The notes beneath the pieces were generated by a model that was given only the letters and a program-made list of their open reading frames with translations, made no database searches and was not told the DNA's origin. A stretch of 62,647 bases of DNA, filler included, from Reclinomonas americana ATCC 50394 (lineage: Eukaryota), in NCBI GenBank assembly GCA_048213135.1. It is 39 parts of 39 records of this genome, joined end to end, with 100 filler letters (N's around TTAATTAATTAA, not from the genome) between each part and the next. Parts side by side here need not be neighbours in the genome. Positions count along the whole stretch, not along the records: positions 24,327 to 25,840 come from AFZH01025506.1; positions 25,941 to 27,452 come from AFZH01025507.1; positions 27,553 to 29,064 come from AFZH01025508.1; positions 29,165 to 30,672 come from AFZH01025509.1; positions 30,773 to 32,283 come from AFZH01025510.1; positions 32,384 to 33,889 come from AFZH01025511.1; positions 33,990 to 35,492 come from AFZH01025512.1; positions 35,593 to 37,096 come from AFZH01025513.1; 31 more parts are not named here. One strand, written 5' to 3'. Each line of letters starts with the position of its first letter. Position 1 is the stretch's first letter. The position numbers and the translations under genes are program-made. Positions 24,327 through 37,196 of this stretch are shown one piece after another.

Positions 24327-25057
24327 GTGGCCGACTTTGGTTGCGACGGTGAGGAGAGTGAGGCCATGTACAGACGCATTGAGGAGACGGTGAAGCCGCT
24401 GCGAGTGACGCTGCTCGTCAACAATGTCGGCATCCTCAACAACGACAACGTCTGCAAGGCCTTCACCGACTGCTCCGTGGCAGAGTTGGAGCGTGTGGTG
24501 CGCGTCAACTGCCTCTCGCAGATCCGCATGACGCACATGGTGTTGGGCGACATGGTGCAGCGGCACAATGGCCTCGTGATCAACTTGGCCAGCATGAACG
24601 CCCGACACCCCGCTCCGCTGCTGGCCATTTACTCGGCCACCAAAGGTGACTGTGGCGGAGCGTACGCTGTTTGGTATGCGGCTGTCGATTAACTTGTACC
24701 CTCGCAACAGCCTTCAACGACGCGTTGTCACGCGCCAGTGCTCTGGAGGTGTGCGACAACGGGGTGAGGGTTGTGTCGATTCGGCCCGGCACCACCACAT
24801 CGGCCATGACGCGCATCCGCACTCCCAACTTGGCGGTGCCGTCGGCCACCACGTTGGTGCGCGCCGCACTGTCCATGGCCACTGGGCTGGACAAGTCGGT
24901 CAATCCGTACTGGGCACATGTGGTCGCGCAGACGCTGCAAGACATTGGTCCAGATGTGATTGTCGATCGCGTCATGATCGAGTTGCACAAGCGCGTGCAA
25001 ACGTGGCAACACGCCCTCCTCGAGCACAGCCAATGGCGACAACAGTTCGTTCCATGA
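24327..25057 (+). CDS. SDR, 3-ketoacyl-CoA reductase/17-beta-HSD12-like, 5' truncated, one intron (~24646-24710)
   Basis: ADF...VTLLVNNVGI...VNCLSQIRMTHMVLGDM...GLVINLAS...PLLAIYSATK|AFND (YxxxK catalytic motif). Confidence 0.9.
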
Positions 25058-25940
25058 ATAAGAAAAAAAGATACCGAAACATAGTATGCCACTCGTACAT
25101 TACTACTGAATTACACTCTGTCAACCATACAAACGGAGAAAAGGGGGGGGCCGTCACCGCGCCGAATCCTCGTCAGACTCGATATCATCGGAAGAGTACG
25201 TTGAGGCGTTGCTCAGCGGACTGCCGGCTGGTGGTCTCTTGTGTGAACTGTCCCACACGTCAGTGAGTCAACGCCGAGGTCGTGTCAGCAGGCAGCACAC
25301 GCCACATCACTCTCACCTGTTCTTGCGATTGTCCTTGGATGCACCGCCACCATTCGTCCTGCGGTGTAGCGACTCGGGCGCTCCCGGTGGCATGTCATCG
25401 TCGGTCAGATCGGATGTCGACAGACCGGCATCATCGTCGGATGTGCCAATGCTGTGCTGTGCCGCCATGAAGCGACCGTTGCGCGATGGAGCAGCAGGCG
25501 ATGCCGGCATGGGCGGCGGTTGCGGAGGACGTGAGGACTGCTGCAAGTCACCCTCCTGCTGCAACTGTGTCCTAATCGAATCCAGCCCGAGGTCCATGTC
25601 GCCACTCAACCCGCCGTGACCACCGTTGTCGCGGAAGTGTGGCAAGCCGAGTCGCGGTAGGCCACTTCCGTTGGCAAGTAGCTCCGACATGTCACCGGCG
25701 CCACCAGAGGCCAGGCCAGAGCGACCACCAGTGCTGCGCTTGTGGATCTCCAAGTATCGCCGCAAGTCCTCCACACGGCGCGCGAGCTGCACTGTGCGCG
25801 GATTGTCGGCTCCACACAGTTGCTCCGTAATGGCATGTGCNNNNNNNNNNNNNNNNNNNNNNNNNNNNNNNNNNNNNNNNNNNNTTAATTAATTAANNNN
25901 NNNNNNNNNNNNNNNNNNNNNNNNNNNNNNNNNNNNNNNN

Positions 25941-26862
25941 AACACGAGTTCGTCACGCGACATGCTCACATCGTGCAGTTGGGCGTACAGCTTGGCCAAC
26001 GTGTTGGCCAAGTCGGCACGCTCCGAGTGTGCCACCGACGACAACTGGCGCGTCTTTTCCAGATCGTCTGCAAGGGGGGAGATGAGGTGAGGCACGGCAA
26101 GGGGGAAAATAGACACACGATCGCACGCACCCAATAGCCGATTCCGCTCCGCAGACATTTCGTCGATTTCCTCACGATGGGCACGCACAGTGGCCTCTTG
26201 CACCGCACGCAGGCGCTGCAACAAACACACAAGAAAGTGAGCAACACACACAAACGGTTGCTCAACAAAGAAGTGCATGCAACAGACCTGCAACTCGGAA
26301 GAAATGTCGGTGCGCTCGGCCGACGCACTCTGTCGTTGTACGCGCAAACTGTCCAGCTCCTCATCCAGCAATCGGATGCGACGGGCGTGCGACTCGAGCT
26401 GCGGAAAGCACGTTAGCAGCTGCGAAACACAATGCAGTCGCCTTGCTGCTCGCACGACACAAACCTTGGCCAGTGCACCGGCCTTGTCGGCCGACAAGTG
26501 CACATTCTCCTCCTTGAGGGCGGCCAGCTGGCTCTGACGGGTCTCCAGCTCCGCCGACAGGCGCACGACAGTGGCGTTGCGCTCGCTCAGCTCCGCCTGC
26601 ACCTCCTCCAGCGTCTTCTCGCCACTCATGCGTGCGGCAGAGGCGTCGCTGTGCAGGCGATCGCGCTCGTCGTACATGGTGTGCAGACGATGCTCAAAAT
26701 CGGCAATCTCGCGCGCGTGACGCTCCTGTGCCGCAATGCGCTCGCGCGCCTCGCTAGCGCACTGCTCCTCGGCGTCGCGGTGACGACGACGCAGGTCCTG
26801 GATGGTGTCTTCCAGGGCCGCCAGTGCCGCGCGGTGTTCCAGGCGGGATTTTTGCAGCACCT
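25941..26862 (-). CDS. Long coiled-coil protein fragment, spliced
   Basis: E/L/A/R heptad-rich exons separated by short GT-AG introns. Confidence 0.6.
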
Positions 26863-26874
26863 GGGAAGAGGGAT

Positions 26875-27060
26875 TCAGGGGAAGGGATTTAGGGGAAGGG
26901 GTGAGGGGAAGGGGTGAGGGGAAGGGGTGAGGGGAAGGGGTGAGGGGAAGGGGTGAGGGGAAGGGGTGAGGGGAAGGGGGAAGGGAGGGGAGGGGGGAGG
27001 GAGGGGAAAGGGGGAAGGGAAGGGGAAGGGGGAAGGGAAAGGAAAGGGGGAGAAGGGAGG
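26875..27060. repeat. G-rich tandem repeat (GGGGAAGGGGTGA)n within an intron; G-quadruplex-compatible
   Basis: 13-bp unit repeated about 6 times, followed by degenerate GGGAA runs. Confidence 0.8.
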
Positions 27061-27552
27061 AGAGAGAAGGACGGGGGAGAAGGAAAGAAGAGAGAATATG
27101 AGATCACAGAGTGACAGGGAATGTGAGAGTGCGGAGAGCGAAAACCCGAAATGAAACACGAGAGGAAGAGAAGGAGAGTCAAAGAGAAATGAGGAAGAAG
27201 AATAAGAGAATGGGTGTAAAAAGAGTGAATCGCAAGGGGAACAACTGAGAGAAACGGGACGAGAGAGAGAGAAGGGGGTTGCAGACAATGGAGTCAAGCG
27301 AGAAAAAACGGGAGGAGAGTGCAAGGAGAGTGCAAGAAGAGACCACAGTAAAGCGGGAGAGAGGAAAGATTAGAAGTGTATGCAACAGGGTAAGTGAAGC
27401 GAAATAGAAAGAACTGACAGTGTGTGATGACTGAAAGCTGAGGGTAGAGAGGNNNNNNNNNNNNNNNNNNNNNNNNNNNNNNNNNNNNNNNNNNNNTTAA
27501 TTAATTAANNNNNNNNNNNNNNNNNNNNNNNNNNNNNNNNNNNNNNNNNNNN

Positions 27553-28751
27553 CCTGGACAGCACGTGATTCGAATCGGATGTGGAATGCAGTGGCTTCCA
27601 GTACTGACGGTGTGAAGTTGGTGGCCACGACGAACAACAACAAGATCTATACATCGACTGACTCGGGCGTCAATTGGACGGCTCGGGATGCCAATCGTTC
27701 GTGGATGTCTGTGGCGTCCAGTACCGACGGTACGAAGTTGGTGGCCGTTGTGAGTCCTGGTCAGGTGTACACGTCGACGGACTCGGGCGTGACGTGGACG
27801 GCTCGAGACTCGAGTCGCAGCTGGACGGCAGTGACGTCTAACGGTGACGGGTCGAAGCTGGTGGCTGGTGAGATTGTTGGTCAGATTTACATGTCGACCG
27901 ACTCGGGTGTGACGTGGACTGGTGTGACGTCGGGGTTGCGGGAGCCGAATGGGTGGCAGTCTGTGGCAGCAAGCAGCGACGGCACGCAGCTGGTGGCAGT
28001 GGGAACCGCCCTTCCAGTTTTCGTTTCTGCTGACTCCGGTGCAACGTGGACAGCTCGTGCCACCAGTCGCAACTGGACGTCGGTGGCGTCCAGCAGTGAC
28101 GGCACGAAGCTGGTGGCTGTGGTGACCAATGACAGAATCTACACCTCCACGGACTCGGGTGTGACGTGGACATCTCGTGATGCGAATCGTAGCTGGATTG
28201 CAGTGGCATCCAGCAGCGACGGCACCAAGTTGGTGGCTGCAGACTCGGGCGGCAGAATCTACACGTCGATCAATTCTGGCGCGGCGTGGACGGCTCGTGA
28301 TACCAGTCGCCTTTGGATTGGAGTGGCCTCCAGCAGTGACGGCACCAAGCTGGTGGCGGTGGTGAATGGCGGCCAGATCTACACATCGACCGACTCGGGT
28401 GCGACGTGGACGGCCCGTGAGACGAATCGTGCGTGGAGCGGAGTGGCGTCGAGCGGTGACGGCACGAAGCTGGTGGCGGTGGTGAATGGCGGCCAGGTCT
28501 ACACGTCGACTGATTCGGGCGTGACATGGACGGCTCGTGCTTCAAGTCGTGCGTGGATGGGTGTGACGTCGAGCAGCGACGGCGCCAAGTTGGCAGCTGT
28601 GGCATCGGGTGACCAAATGTTTGTGTCGACCGATTCTGGTGTAACGTGGACGGCGCGTGACAGCAGTCGCGCGTGGATGGCGGTGACGTCGAGCAGTGAC
28701 GGCGGCGAGCTCGTGGCCGCTGCCGATCTGGTGTACGTGTTCCCGTGTTGA
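27553..28751 (+). CDS. BNR/Asp-box repeat beta-propeller protein, intronless, 5' truncated
   Basis: About ten ~40-aa repeats WxxVASSSDGTKLVAxxxxGxIYTSTDSGVTWTAR (SxDxGxTW Asp-box); stop at 28751. Confidence 0.88.
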
Positions 28752-30772
28752 GCTTCGTATACTTTTTTTGCCTATGTAGATGTGTATGTATGTGTCTCGT
28801 GCGGTGACAGTCGTTCAAAACGTGGCTCCCGTGCTTGTATACTTTGTCTCAGCAAATGATGTAAACAACATGAGATTTCTTGGGTCTGAACGTTGTCAGT
28901 CGTGGAGCGAAAAATGTGCAGGTACAGTGCTTCATTGTTACAAAATGCCATCGACAACGTGGTCGCGACCGAGGTCCCGCAGGAGAGTGGCGAGAAATTC
29001 AATAGTGTTCAGCAGCCGACGAAGGTGCACCTCGCCGCCTGACAGTGGACGACGGGAAGTGGAANNNNNNNNNNNNNNNNNNNNNNNNNNNNNNNNNNNN
29101 NNNNNNNNTTAATTAATTAANNNNNNNNNNNNNNNNNNNNNNNNNNNNNNNNNNNNNNNNNNNNGTCTTGGTGACAATGGCAGTCCGCGGGTGTGGGAGC
29201 ACGGCTGGGGCCTTCTCACGATGCGGCGAGCGATCGGGTAACGACAGACTGCGAGCGCGTGTGTGTGAGTGTGTGAGCGTTGTTACTCCCCCCCTGGTTG
29301 GCTCGACTCACTCTCACCTCGAACTTCGAGCCGATCGCGTGGCCGTGGTGGCTGGAGTGCGCTGCAAGACCTCAGAGTCGCTCCCTCCACCGCCGGCGCC
29401 GGGGCGCGAGGGGGACGGCGAGTGTCGCGATCGCCCCACCTTTTGCTGCTGCACCACCTGCCGCCTAAAGGACTCGGCCGACACAACTACTTGCGGATCG
29501 GCGCGGAATGAGGCAGGGGTGAGCACCAGCTCGGCCACCGGAGAGGGTGGATAGGGATGATGATTCTGCGGTGGATGATGGCTCGTGCGATGTGTGTTGG
29601 CAGTCGTCGGCGACAAGGGCACCTGCACATCGGCACCATGCACAGGAGACGGTGCATCGGGCCCGTCGATGGTCGCCGCAGGTGCTGGTGGGGCAAACGT
29701 CACACTGCGGCGATGTGATGCCGACGGTGGTGTGGGTGCGGCGGACAGATCCACATAAACAATCGCCGGTGTCTGCATCGCACAGAGTGGTGAGAAGCAG
29801 CTCACAGATGTGGGGACAGGTGGAGGAGGAGGAGGAGCGCGAGGTGACGCACCGGGTCAGTCTTGCCACCGGTTTCCGACATTTTGCGCGTGTTTTTCGA
29901 GATCTGTAACGGTTCGCATGACAGGAGGACTTCTTCGCGGTGGCGACGGATGTTGCACTCTCTATTTGCTTTGAGAAGCCATACACCACCATCCATCAGC
30001 ACACCATCTACACCACATCTCCTATTAATTTATCGTAAACAATCACAGCTAAACAAACGGCAGGCCGAGGCACTGCCGAGTAAAGGAAGCGGGTACGCAC
30101 CATCACGCAGCGCTAACCAGCGTGCGTGAGGTAGGTCCAACCCTGAATATACACACAATTAGGCTATCGCTGACCTCCGCGGCCGCCACCACCGAATGGC
30201 GCCGGTCCCGTCGGCGGCTTGGAGGCAATGCAGCACCACCATTGCCTCCGCGACCGGAGGCCAGAATGCGCATCAGCGAGGGAGATCCGACCCCGCGACC
30301 ACGACCGCGACCACCAGGTGGCACCGTGGGGCGAGCAGCTGCAGCGGCGGCGGCGGCGGCGGCGGCGGCTGTGACGGTCGATGCGCCACGACCAGGCGCC
30401 GGTCGTTGCGGCGTCAGCAACTCGACAATCTCCATCAGCGTGCCGATACGACTGCCCGGCACAGATGGCGACATGCCAGTCTCGCCAGGCTCATACGGTG
30501 TGCCCGGGGCCACCGAGTATGCAGCCGAGGCTGCCGGCGAGGCTGCCGCCGTGCCAGTGGCGGTTCGACCTTGCGCTTGCCGGGCTCGCATGGCACGCAG
30601 TTGCTGGAGTACGCGCGAGTTCACCAACTGCTGCGGCGTGCTGCTGCCACTGCCGCCTGTTGCGCGGCCCACNNNNNNNNNNNNNNNNNNNNNNNNNNNN
30701 NNNNNNNNNNNNNNNNTTAATTAATTAANNNNNNNNNNNNNNNNNNNNNNNNNNNNNNNNNNNNNNNNNNNN

Positions 30773-32080
30773 GCTGCTGGCTGTCGCCCGCGACCTCGCC
30801 CGGCAGCCGCTGGCGCTGGAGCGGGCATGGGAGCGGCTACTGCGGCAACCACAGCGGGTACCGGAGGTGGCGGGACGGTGCCTGATGGACCCGCCCCGCT
30901 GCCACTCCCGCTGCCCTCGCCGGCAGTCGGCAGCAACTGTGCACACCGGGTGTGAATTCACCATCCTACCACGGCAACAAAGCAGGAAAGGTAGCGAGCG
31001 ACGCAACAGTGACCTCAAAGCCAGCCGGCAGACCCGAGAGAATGTCGTGCACCACCGTGTCGACGAGGGCGTTCATTCTCCGCGTGGTGACCGACATGAG
31101 CTGGATGGTGTCGTCGTGGAACTTCATGTTGATCTCGTGCGAAATGTCCTGCTCCATCTTCTGGCCCAAGCGCTCCGCCTCACGCTCCAGCTCCTCCTGC
31201 TTGTCCTCGAACAAGTTCTTGTACGCCTTGCGCGAGGTCTCCGACAAGTGCGCGGCAACATTCGCCTCGCGGGACGACTCGTTGGCGAACACGTAGTACG
31301 CAAACACGTAGCTCCACTGCAGCACGCGGCGGGACTGTACTCGCCGCAGTCAATCTACAAGACGGTGATGAGGTGATGTGCGACAGCAGCGCGTACCTCG
31401 GCCAACACCTCGCACGCCTCGAGCAGGTAGGAGATGCGATCGATCGAGTTGAGCACCGGGTTGGTGGCAATCAGGCCCTCCATGACGCCCGTCACCTGTG
31501 GCGAGGAAGGCAGTGAGAGACATGGCGGCAGAAACAAGAGAGGATGCGATGCAGATCGTGCCTTCTTGATGATGCGAGGGTGGTGCTCGGTTGATTGCTC
31601 GTGGTTGCCTGCACGCGCGCGTGGATTGAGAAGCGGGGGATATTGCCGGGCAGGGAACGTACATCACAGACGCAACGATAGCGCGTGTAGTAGAACATGT
31701 AGCGCTCGAGGGTCTTGCGGGCAGACTCTTTTTCCGAGTTCTCCACGAATCGATTGCAACTGTACGGGTGAATGAGTGAGCTCATTTGTGAGACAATGCG
31801 CGGAGAGGAACAAGACGACGCACGAGTGCTTGTAGCTGTGCAAACGAGAGCAGGAGAAAGGTCAGACACCAGCTCGTAAAATGAGAGCAAAGGGGGCGAA
31901 GAGACTCACGTGGTGTGGTCAAACTGAGTTGGCGGCAACAGATACAAAGTGAGTCACATGAGATAAACGACAAGCTTGGAGTGGGAGACGACTTACATCC
32001 TGCACAAAAATAAGACGAAGTGAGTCGACGCATAATGAGAAGGGCAGCGAATGGAAGAACGTACCCCGAGGCACATCCAG
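30773..32080 (-). CDS. ARIH: Ariadne-family RBR E3 ubiquitin ligase, RING2 end plus Ariadne domain, spliced
   Basis: WMCLG|...CNRFVENSEKESARKTLERYMFYYTRY...NHEQS...YLLEACEVLAE|..RRVLQWSYVFAYY...LFEDKQEELEREAERL. Confidence 0.88.
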
Positions 32081-33989
32081 CTTCGTGGCACAGCACAGCA
32101 CACGGTCAGCAGCAACGAGAGATCACTCAACACGAACGAGACACGGCGCACCAAAAATGATCTGCATCAAGTAAACGGTGAGCAACGCACGGGGAGAAAG
32201 AGGAAACAGAATACAAGAACGCAACGACCGCAAGGGCATGTAATATCTGTAGCAAACCAAGCAAAAGAAACAGACACAAGCTCNNNNNNNNNNNNNNNNN
32301 NNNNNNNNNNNNNNNNNNNNNNNNNNNTTAATTAATTAANNNNNNNNNNNNNNNNNNNNNNNNNNNNNNNNNNNNNNNNNNNNCTGTGCGCTGCGGACAT
32401 TCTCCTTCCGACTGCGAAGAATGTCTGTCTTTCAGCTCTCTTTTTTCCTGCCTCCTACAGAGTCTATCTCTTTCTCCGCCGTCTCCCTCCTTTGTGTGCT
32501 TATCTGCTTCCCCAGCCATCCACCCCTCCTTGCACACGCTCGAGGCCGAACATGCTGGTCCGCTCACCGTGTTCCGATTGCCATCCTGCCAGTTCATCAT
32601 GGTGAGCTTCCCGATGCCGAAGTGGCATGACTGCATGCTGACTCTGCTCTCTCTCTCTCTCGTAGGATGGTTGTGTGAGCGTCCGCTTGGCTTGCTTCTT
32701 GACAAACGCGTGTTGGTATCCGATGCTGATCGGTGTGTGTCTCAGTGAGACACAGCAGATTTCTCTCTCCTTCCTCCATTCTTCGCTCACAGTGTACCGA
32801 CATGCAGGCACCTTGGAAACACGTGCTTGTCGGTGGTTGCGTCGATGAAAATGATCGGCGTACTGTGCATCGCCTGTTCCCGGCTGACACCTCACTCACT
32901 CAGCTCCCATCCACATCCCACCAATGCACGAAGCAGGTGTGTGGCCTTGTTCGGCGTGATCTATCTCTCCTCCTTCCCTCTCACTCACTTCATCCATGCA
33001 GGCCGTGCACGACACGGAGTGTGTGACGAGGTGGTACAATGGTAGCTTGGTTGGTGAATCGTTTTCGATCCCGGCTGGCAAGTCGGAGCGAATCGATTAT
33101 GCGCGCTCCTTGGTTGCTGCTGTCACTGCCGAGTGACCATGGTGGTGGCCACAGGAGACTGCAGGCACGTGCGAGGCCAGCAACATACGGTGCGTGTGTG
33201 TTCTACACGTGCGTTGAGGAGCAAGTTGGCGAGACTTGGAGATTTGACTGACTCGATTCTGTGCGTGATATGAACACAGGCGTGCTGGCAAGTGACTGGC
33301 ATGCGAAGACACGTGGTTCCGTGCCTTACAGTACATGCATGAGACGATTCACCGACCGAATGTGAGTGTGATTGAAGGCACGAGGCATTGATTGTGACTT
33401 GAGTAAGAGGAGGCGAGTCTCGCGACGCAGCTGCCTCGTCCATCTGTGCTGGTCGCTTCCTCCTGTCTCTCGTGGCTCTCTTTCTTCCTTGTACCATCAT
33501 CAACCTTGCTGTCGGCTGGTTCAAGGAGGTGTGAGGTTTCGATGACTCCGTGCTCATCGGTTTCTCGGGTGTGCTAAGCCTGTGTGGCGTCGGTACAATT
33601 GCAACAGCTGCACATCCAAGCAGCCCGACATGCCAGTCCTCGTTGAGAGAGAATGCAGATCAGTCGAAAGGCAATGTTGCTGAACAGCAGCACGGTGCAG
33701 TGGAGCGCCAACCTCGTGTCACCACCACGTAACCTTGCATGTCCATTCTGTCGATTTCGCATAGACGAGTCCCAAGTCGGTCTTCGAAAGCTCACACGCA
33801 TCATGGGAGTCACATCGTTCACACACTATCGCATGCTGTGTGGGGTGCTGGTTGCAGCCTGGCGAGGGATGGACGACGTCTCAGAGAAANNNNNNNNNNN
33901 NNNNNNNNNNNNNNNNNNNNNNNNNNNNNNNNNTTAATTAATTAANNNNNNNNNNNNNNNNNNNNNNNNNNNNNNNNNNNNNNNNNNNN

Positions 33990-34091
33990 TTGCTGCTGCT
34001 GCTGCTGCGTAGGCACAGGGGGGTGTGAGGGATGTCCACCAGTACCGCGGCCGCGACCACCGCCGCCGCGCCCTCGATTGCGCCCGCTCAT
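33990..34091 (-). CDS. 5' end of a gene with an RGG-rich N-terminus
   Basis: MSGRNRGRGGGGRGRGTGG...QQQQQ; divergent from the gene at 34674. Confidence 0.45.
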
Positions 34092-34673
34092 GATATCGGA
34101 GGGAGATAGAGAGAGAGGGGGGGGAATGTGGGAAGGGGGGGGGGTGAGCGTGTGCGTGTGTGTGCGTGTGGAAGAGGGAGAATGCGTGCGCGCGTGTGTC
34201 GAACAAGCTTGATGTTGCGGACATACCTGTGGGACAGCTGTTGGCAAATTTGTGTTGGAACGAATGCTCACAATCAGCAGCGCATGTTATGCTAACCGCG
34301 TGGCGACACAGAAGAGATGTACCCACACTTCAGAAGCGAGTGGAAGTCGAAGTCAGCTGCAAATGAGTGGTCATGCATGAAGTCGAATTCGAAATCGAAA
34401 TCGAAGACTGGCCGCGGAAGAGTTGGTGAAGCTTGGTTGCAGGTGATGCCAGCTCGTACGTATCAAAGGCCGCAAGGGTGCAGCACTCTCTTCCATGCGC
34501 AATCGCTGCATGTACTTGTATTCGACTTCGAATGCATGCAAGCTTGCGCTGCGAGGTGATGATCTGCACGTGCAACACAAACAAGAAGCAGGCACCTCTC
34601 TCAAACTGCACTCATCGCTTCACCATTGTCATCGTCCTGTCACTCTTCACACACACCGACAAGCACAACATTG

Positions 34674-34920
34674 ATGGAGTCATTGCGCCACGAACTGGAG
34701 GTCTTGCAGCAGCAAGTGCGCGCTCTCACAAGTCGTGAGAGAAGAGTTGATGATGATGATGATGATGAAGAGCGTTCTCGTCGTGTTGTTGGGAGTAAGC
34801 GTGTGCGAAGGCGCAATGAGCGAGTGGCGGTGTGGAGTGCCTCGCTGCTCGCCTTGTGTCTGTTTGTGGGGTTTACGACGTATTATGGGCTGCGGTTGGC
34901 GCAGTCGCTGAGGAATCCAG
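34674..34920 (+). CDS. First exon of a membrane protein (short coiled coil, then one TM helix)
   Basis: MESLRHELEVLQQQVRAL...VAVWSASLLALCLFVGFTTYYGLRL..NP, then a GTGAG donor. Confidence 0.5.
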
Positions 34921-35452
34921 GTGAGGGAGGAAGAGGGGAGATGTGGGGGAAAAGGGATGGAGATGTGGGGGAAAGGGGATGGAGATGGGGGAAAGGGGAT
35001 GGAGAAGGGAGAAGATGGAGGGAGAGAAAGAGATGAAGGGAGAGAGAGAGAGAGGGAAGGGAGAGGGAAGGGAGAAGACGTGGGGGGATGTGGGGAGAGG
35101 GAGGGAGAGAAGGAGATAAGTATGAAGAGAGAGAGAGAGAGAGAGAAGAGACAAGCAGACTGGGAGAAGGCAACCAGAGAGAGAGAGGGAGGTTGAGGGA
35201 GAGAGAGAGGGCAGAGAGAGAGAGAGAGAGGCGACAGAGAGAGGGATGCGACAGAGAGAGATGACAGAGGCGAGAGAAAGATAACTGTGAGTGCAGTGAG
35301 AGCAGAGCGAGAACGGAGAGAATAGGGGTGCATGTGTGTATGTGGGAGAGAATGAGAGAGAGTGAGAGGAAGGGAGAGTGTGTGGGGGAGAGACAGCGAG
35401 GGAAGGTGTGGAAAGGGAGGAGCGATGAGAGAAGTAGTCAAGTGAAAGAGTG

Positions 35453-35492
<40 letters not shown>

Positions 35493-36992
35493 NNNNNNNN
35501 NNNNNNNNNNNNNNNNNNNNNNNNNNNNNNNNNNNNTTAATTAATTAANNNNNNNNNNNNNNNNNNNNNNNNNNNNNNNNNNNNNNNNNNNNGAGAGAGA
35601 GAGAGGGAGAGAGTAGAGAGAGAGAGAGAGAGAGAGGTGCCTGTGTTGCACAGGGGGCGCCCACGCCGAAAAGTGAAAAGTTTTCTTCTCTCCGCCAAAA
35701 CGAGAAAGTCAAATTTTGGGTGAATTCGAACGGAGTTTTGAAAAAAGTGGCTGTGCAGGCTGCATGCTTGCCTTATCCACAGGTGCGTTCGTCGCGATTG
35801 TGTGAGGCGGGTTGCTGCTGGTGGGAGAGGCAAAGCACAGGACGAGGAACGCAATGAAATATACTCTGTATTTCGCTTCGCTGCGCTGCGCGCTGCGCGC
35901 TGCGGTATATATCGTTGAGATTGCCGCCGCTTCATCGGCGAGAGCATTATGTGGCTGCCTGACATTAGTGAGGGGTGTGGTGCTCATGCGCGCACGGGTG
36001 TGTCTCCTTCTCGTCGCGGCGGTAAAAATATCCAGATTGAGCAAACACAGGAAACGGTCAGTGTGCTGCCGTTTGGAGATATACCACAGCGGAATCTTGC
36101 GGACCCGCACAGGAATATCCTTCGACTTGAGTTGGTGCGTGTGCGTGTCTCCTCGCGGTGAGTGGTTTGTGTGGTTTTTCATCGCTCATTCCGTGCAAGC
36201 GCCCCCAATTGTCCGGATCCGCAGCGCGCGCAGATTTAGTGGCATGCGCAGTGTGACCGGCCGGCGCCGGTATCGGTGATGTACACTGAGCAACCTGTGC
36301 GCTCACACGCTTGGTGCGGGCGAGGGACGATAGGGGAACCAAACCCCGTGCGTTGGTCGAACAATGTCAGTCGTTACTATCAAAAATGGTTGGCCTGTGC
36401 TGAGTCGGCGAGTGGATTCCGAAACAGAAGCATTTGCTCGCCAAGCTACGATCGCGCTGTCGCTCTCATCGCACTGATCGCAGCGAGGGACGCATCAGGC
36501 ACTTGTCATATTTGCAATTGTGCATATGCGGCGCGCGAAAATGATCATCGACGTCGACATTGGTTGGCATGCCAGCGACAGGCTGCCGTGGTAGGAGAAG
36601 TCGATGTGACAGCTGGCCATGGGATGCGCGCGAAGGGGCGGACATCGAGTGCAAACTCATTCGATATATATCGATATCGAGCGATATCGGCTTGCACGCA
36701 CTTTTGTGACTGCGTGATTGGCAACCACAGCGGTGCACGCTAACTGGTACCGGAGGTACCGCAGCTGTTGCACGAGCTCGACGATCGCGATCGCGATGGA
36801 GCGCAGCGCTCTGCAATATCGATATCACGATCGAGAATTTTGCAGCCGGCGCAGCGCCGCTTCGCATGCATAGTTGCGGCGTACAGTGCGTCCACGTGTT
36901 GCGCGATGCATAGCTGCAAAGTAGTTCGTTTACATTACAAGTTGTCTCCGTCGATCCACTCGACGGTGAAGAAGCATAGTTTACCTTTTACA

Positions 36993-37096
36993 ATGTACGC
37001 ACTTCGCGACGAGGAAGTGGTGATTCTGTCGACGGGAAGGCCCGAGGAGAAGTACTCCCGCAACGCTGTCATTGAGACGTCGACGGGAAACAGAGT
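36993..37096 (+). CDS. Possible dynactin subunit 5 (p25) N-terminus
   Basis: EKYSRNAVIETSTGNRV resembles DCTN5 YNKSEYIETASGNKV; only ~34 codons visible. Confidence 0.45.
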
Positions 37097-37196
37097 NNNN
37101 NNNNNNNNNNNNNNNNNNNNNNNNNNNNNNNNNNNNNNNNTTAATTAATTAANNNNNNNNNNNNNNNNNNNNNNNNNNNNNNNNNNNNNNNNNNNN

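Noticed and set aside
26875..27060. G-rich repeat as a telomere
   Set aside because: Internal, 13-bp unit, abuts a splice acceptor; best read as an intronic polypyrimidine expansion.
32384..33889. Possible transposon or retroelement remnant
   Set aside because: No RT, integrase or transposase motifs or terminal repeats recognised; left unannotated.
34930..35492. ORFs made of ER/SL/HT/CV repeats here and at 7886, 13214, 17409, 26875
   Set aside because: Translations of (GA)n/(CA)n microsatellites in introns or UTRs.
35640..35760. TGCACAG...CTGTGCA as MITE terminal inverted repeats
   Set aside because: Only 7 bp, no clear target-site duplication and no second copy in the window.
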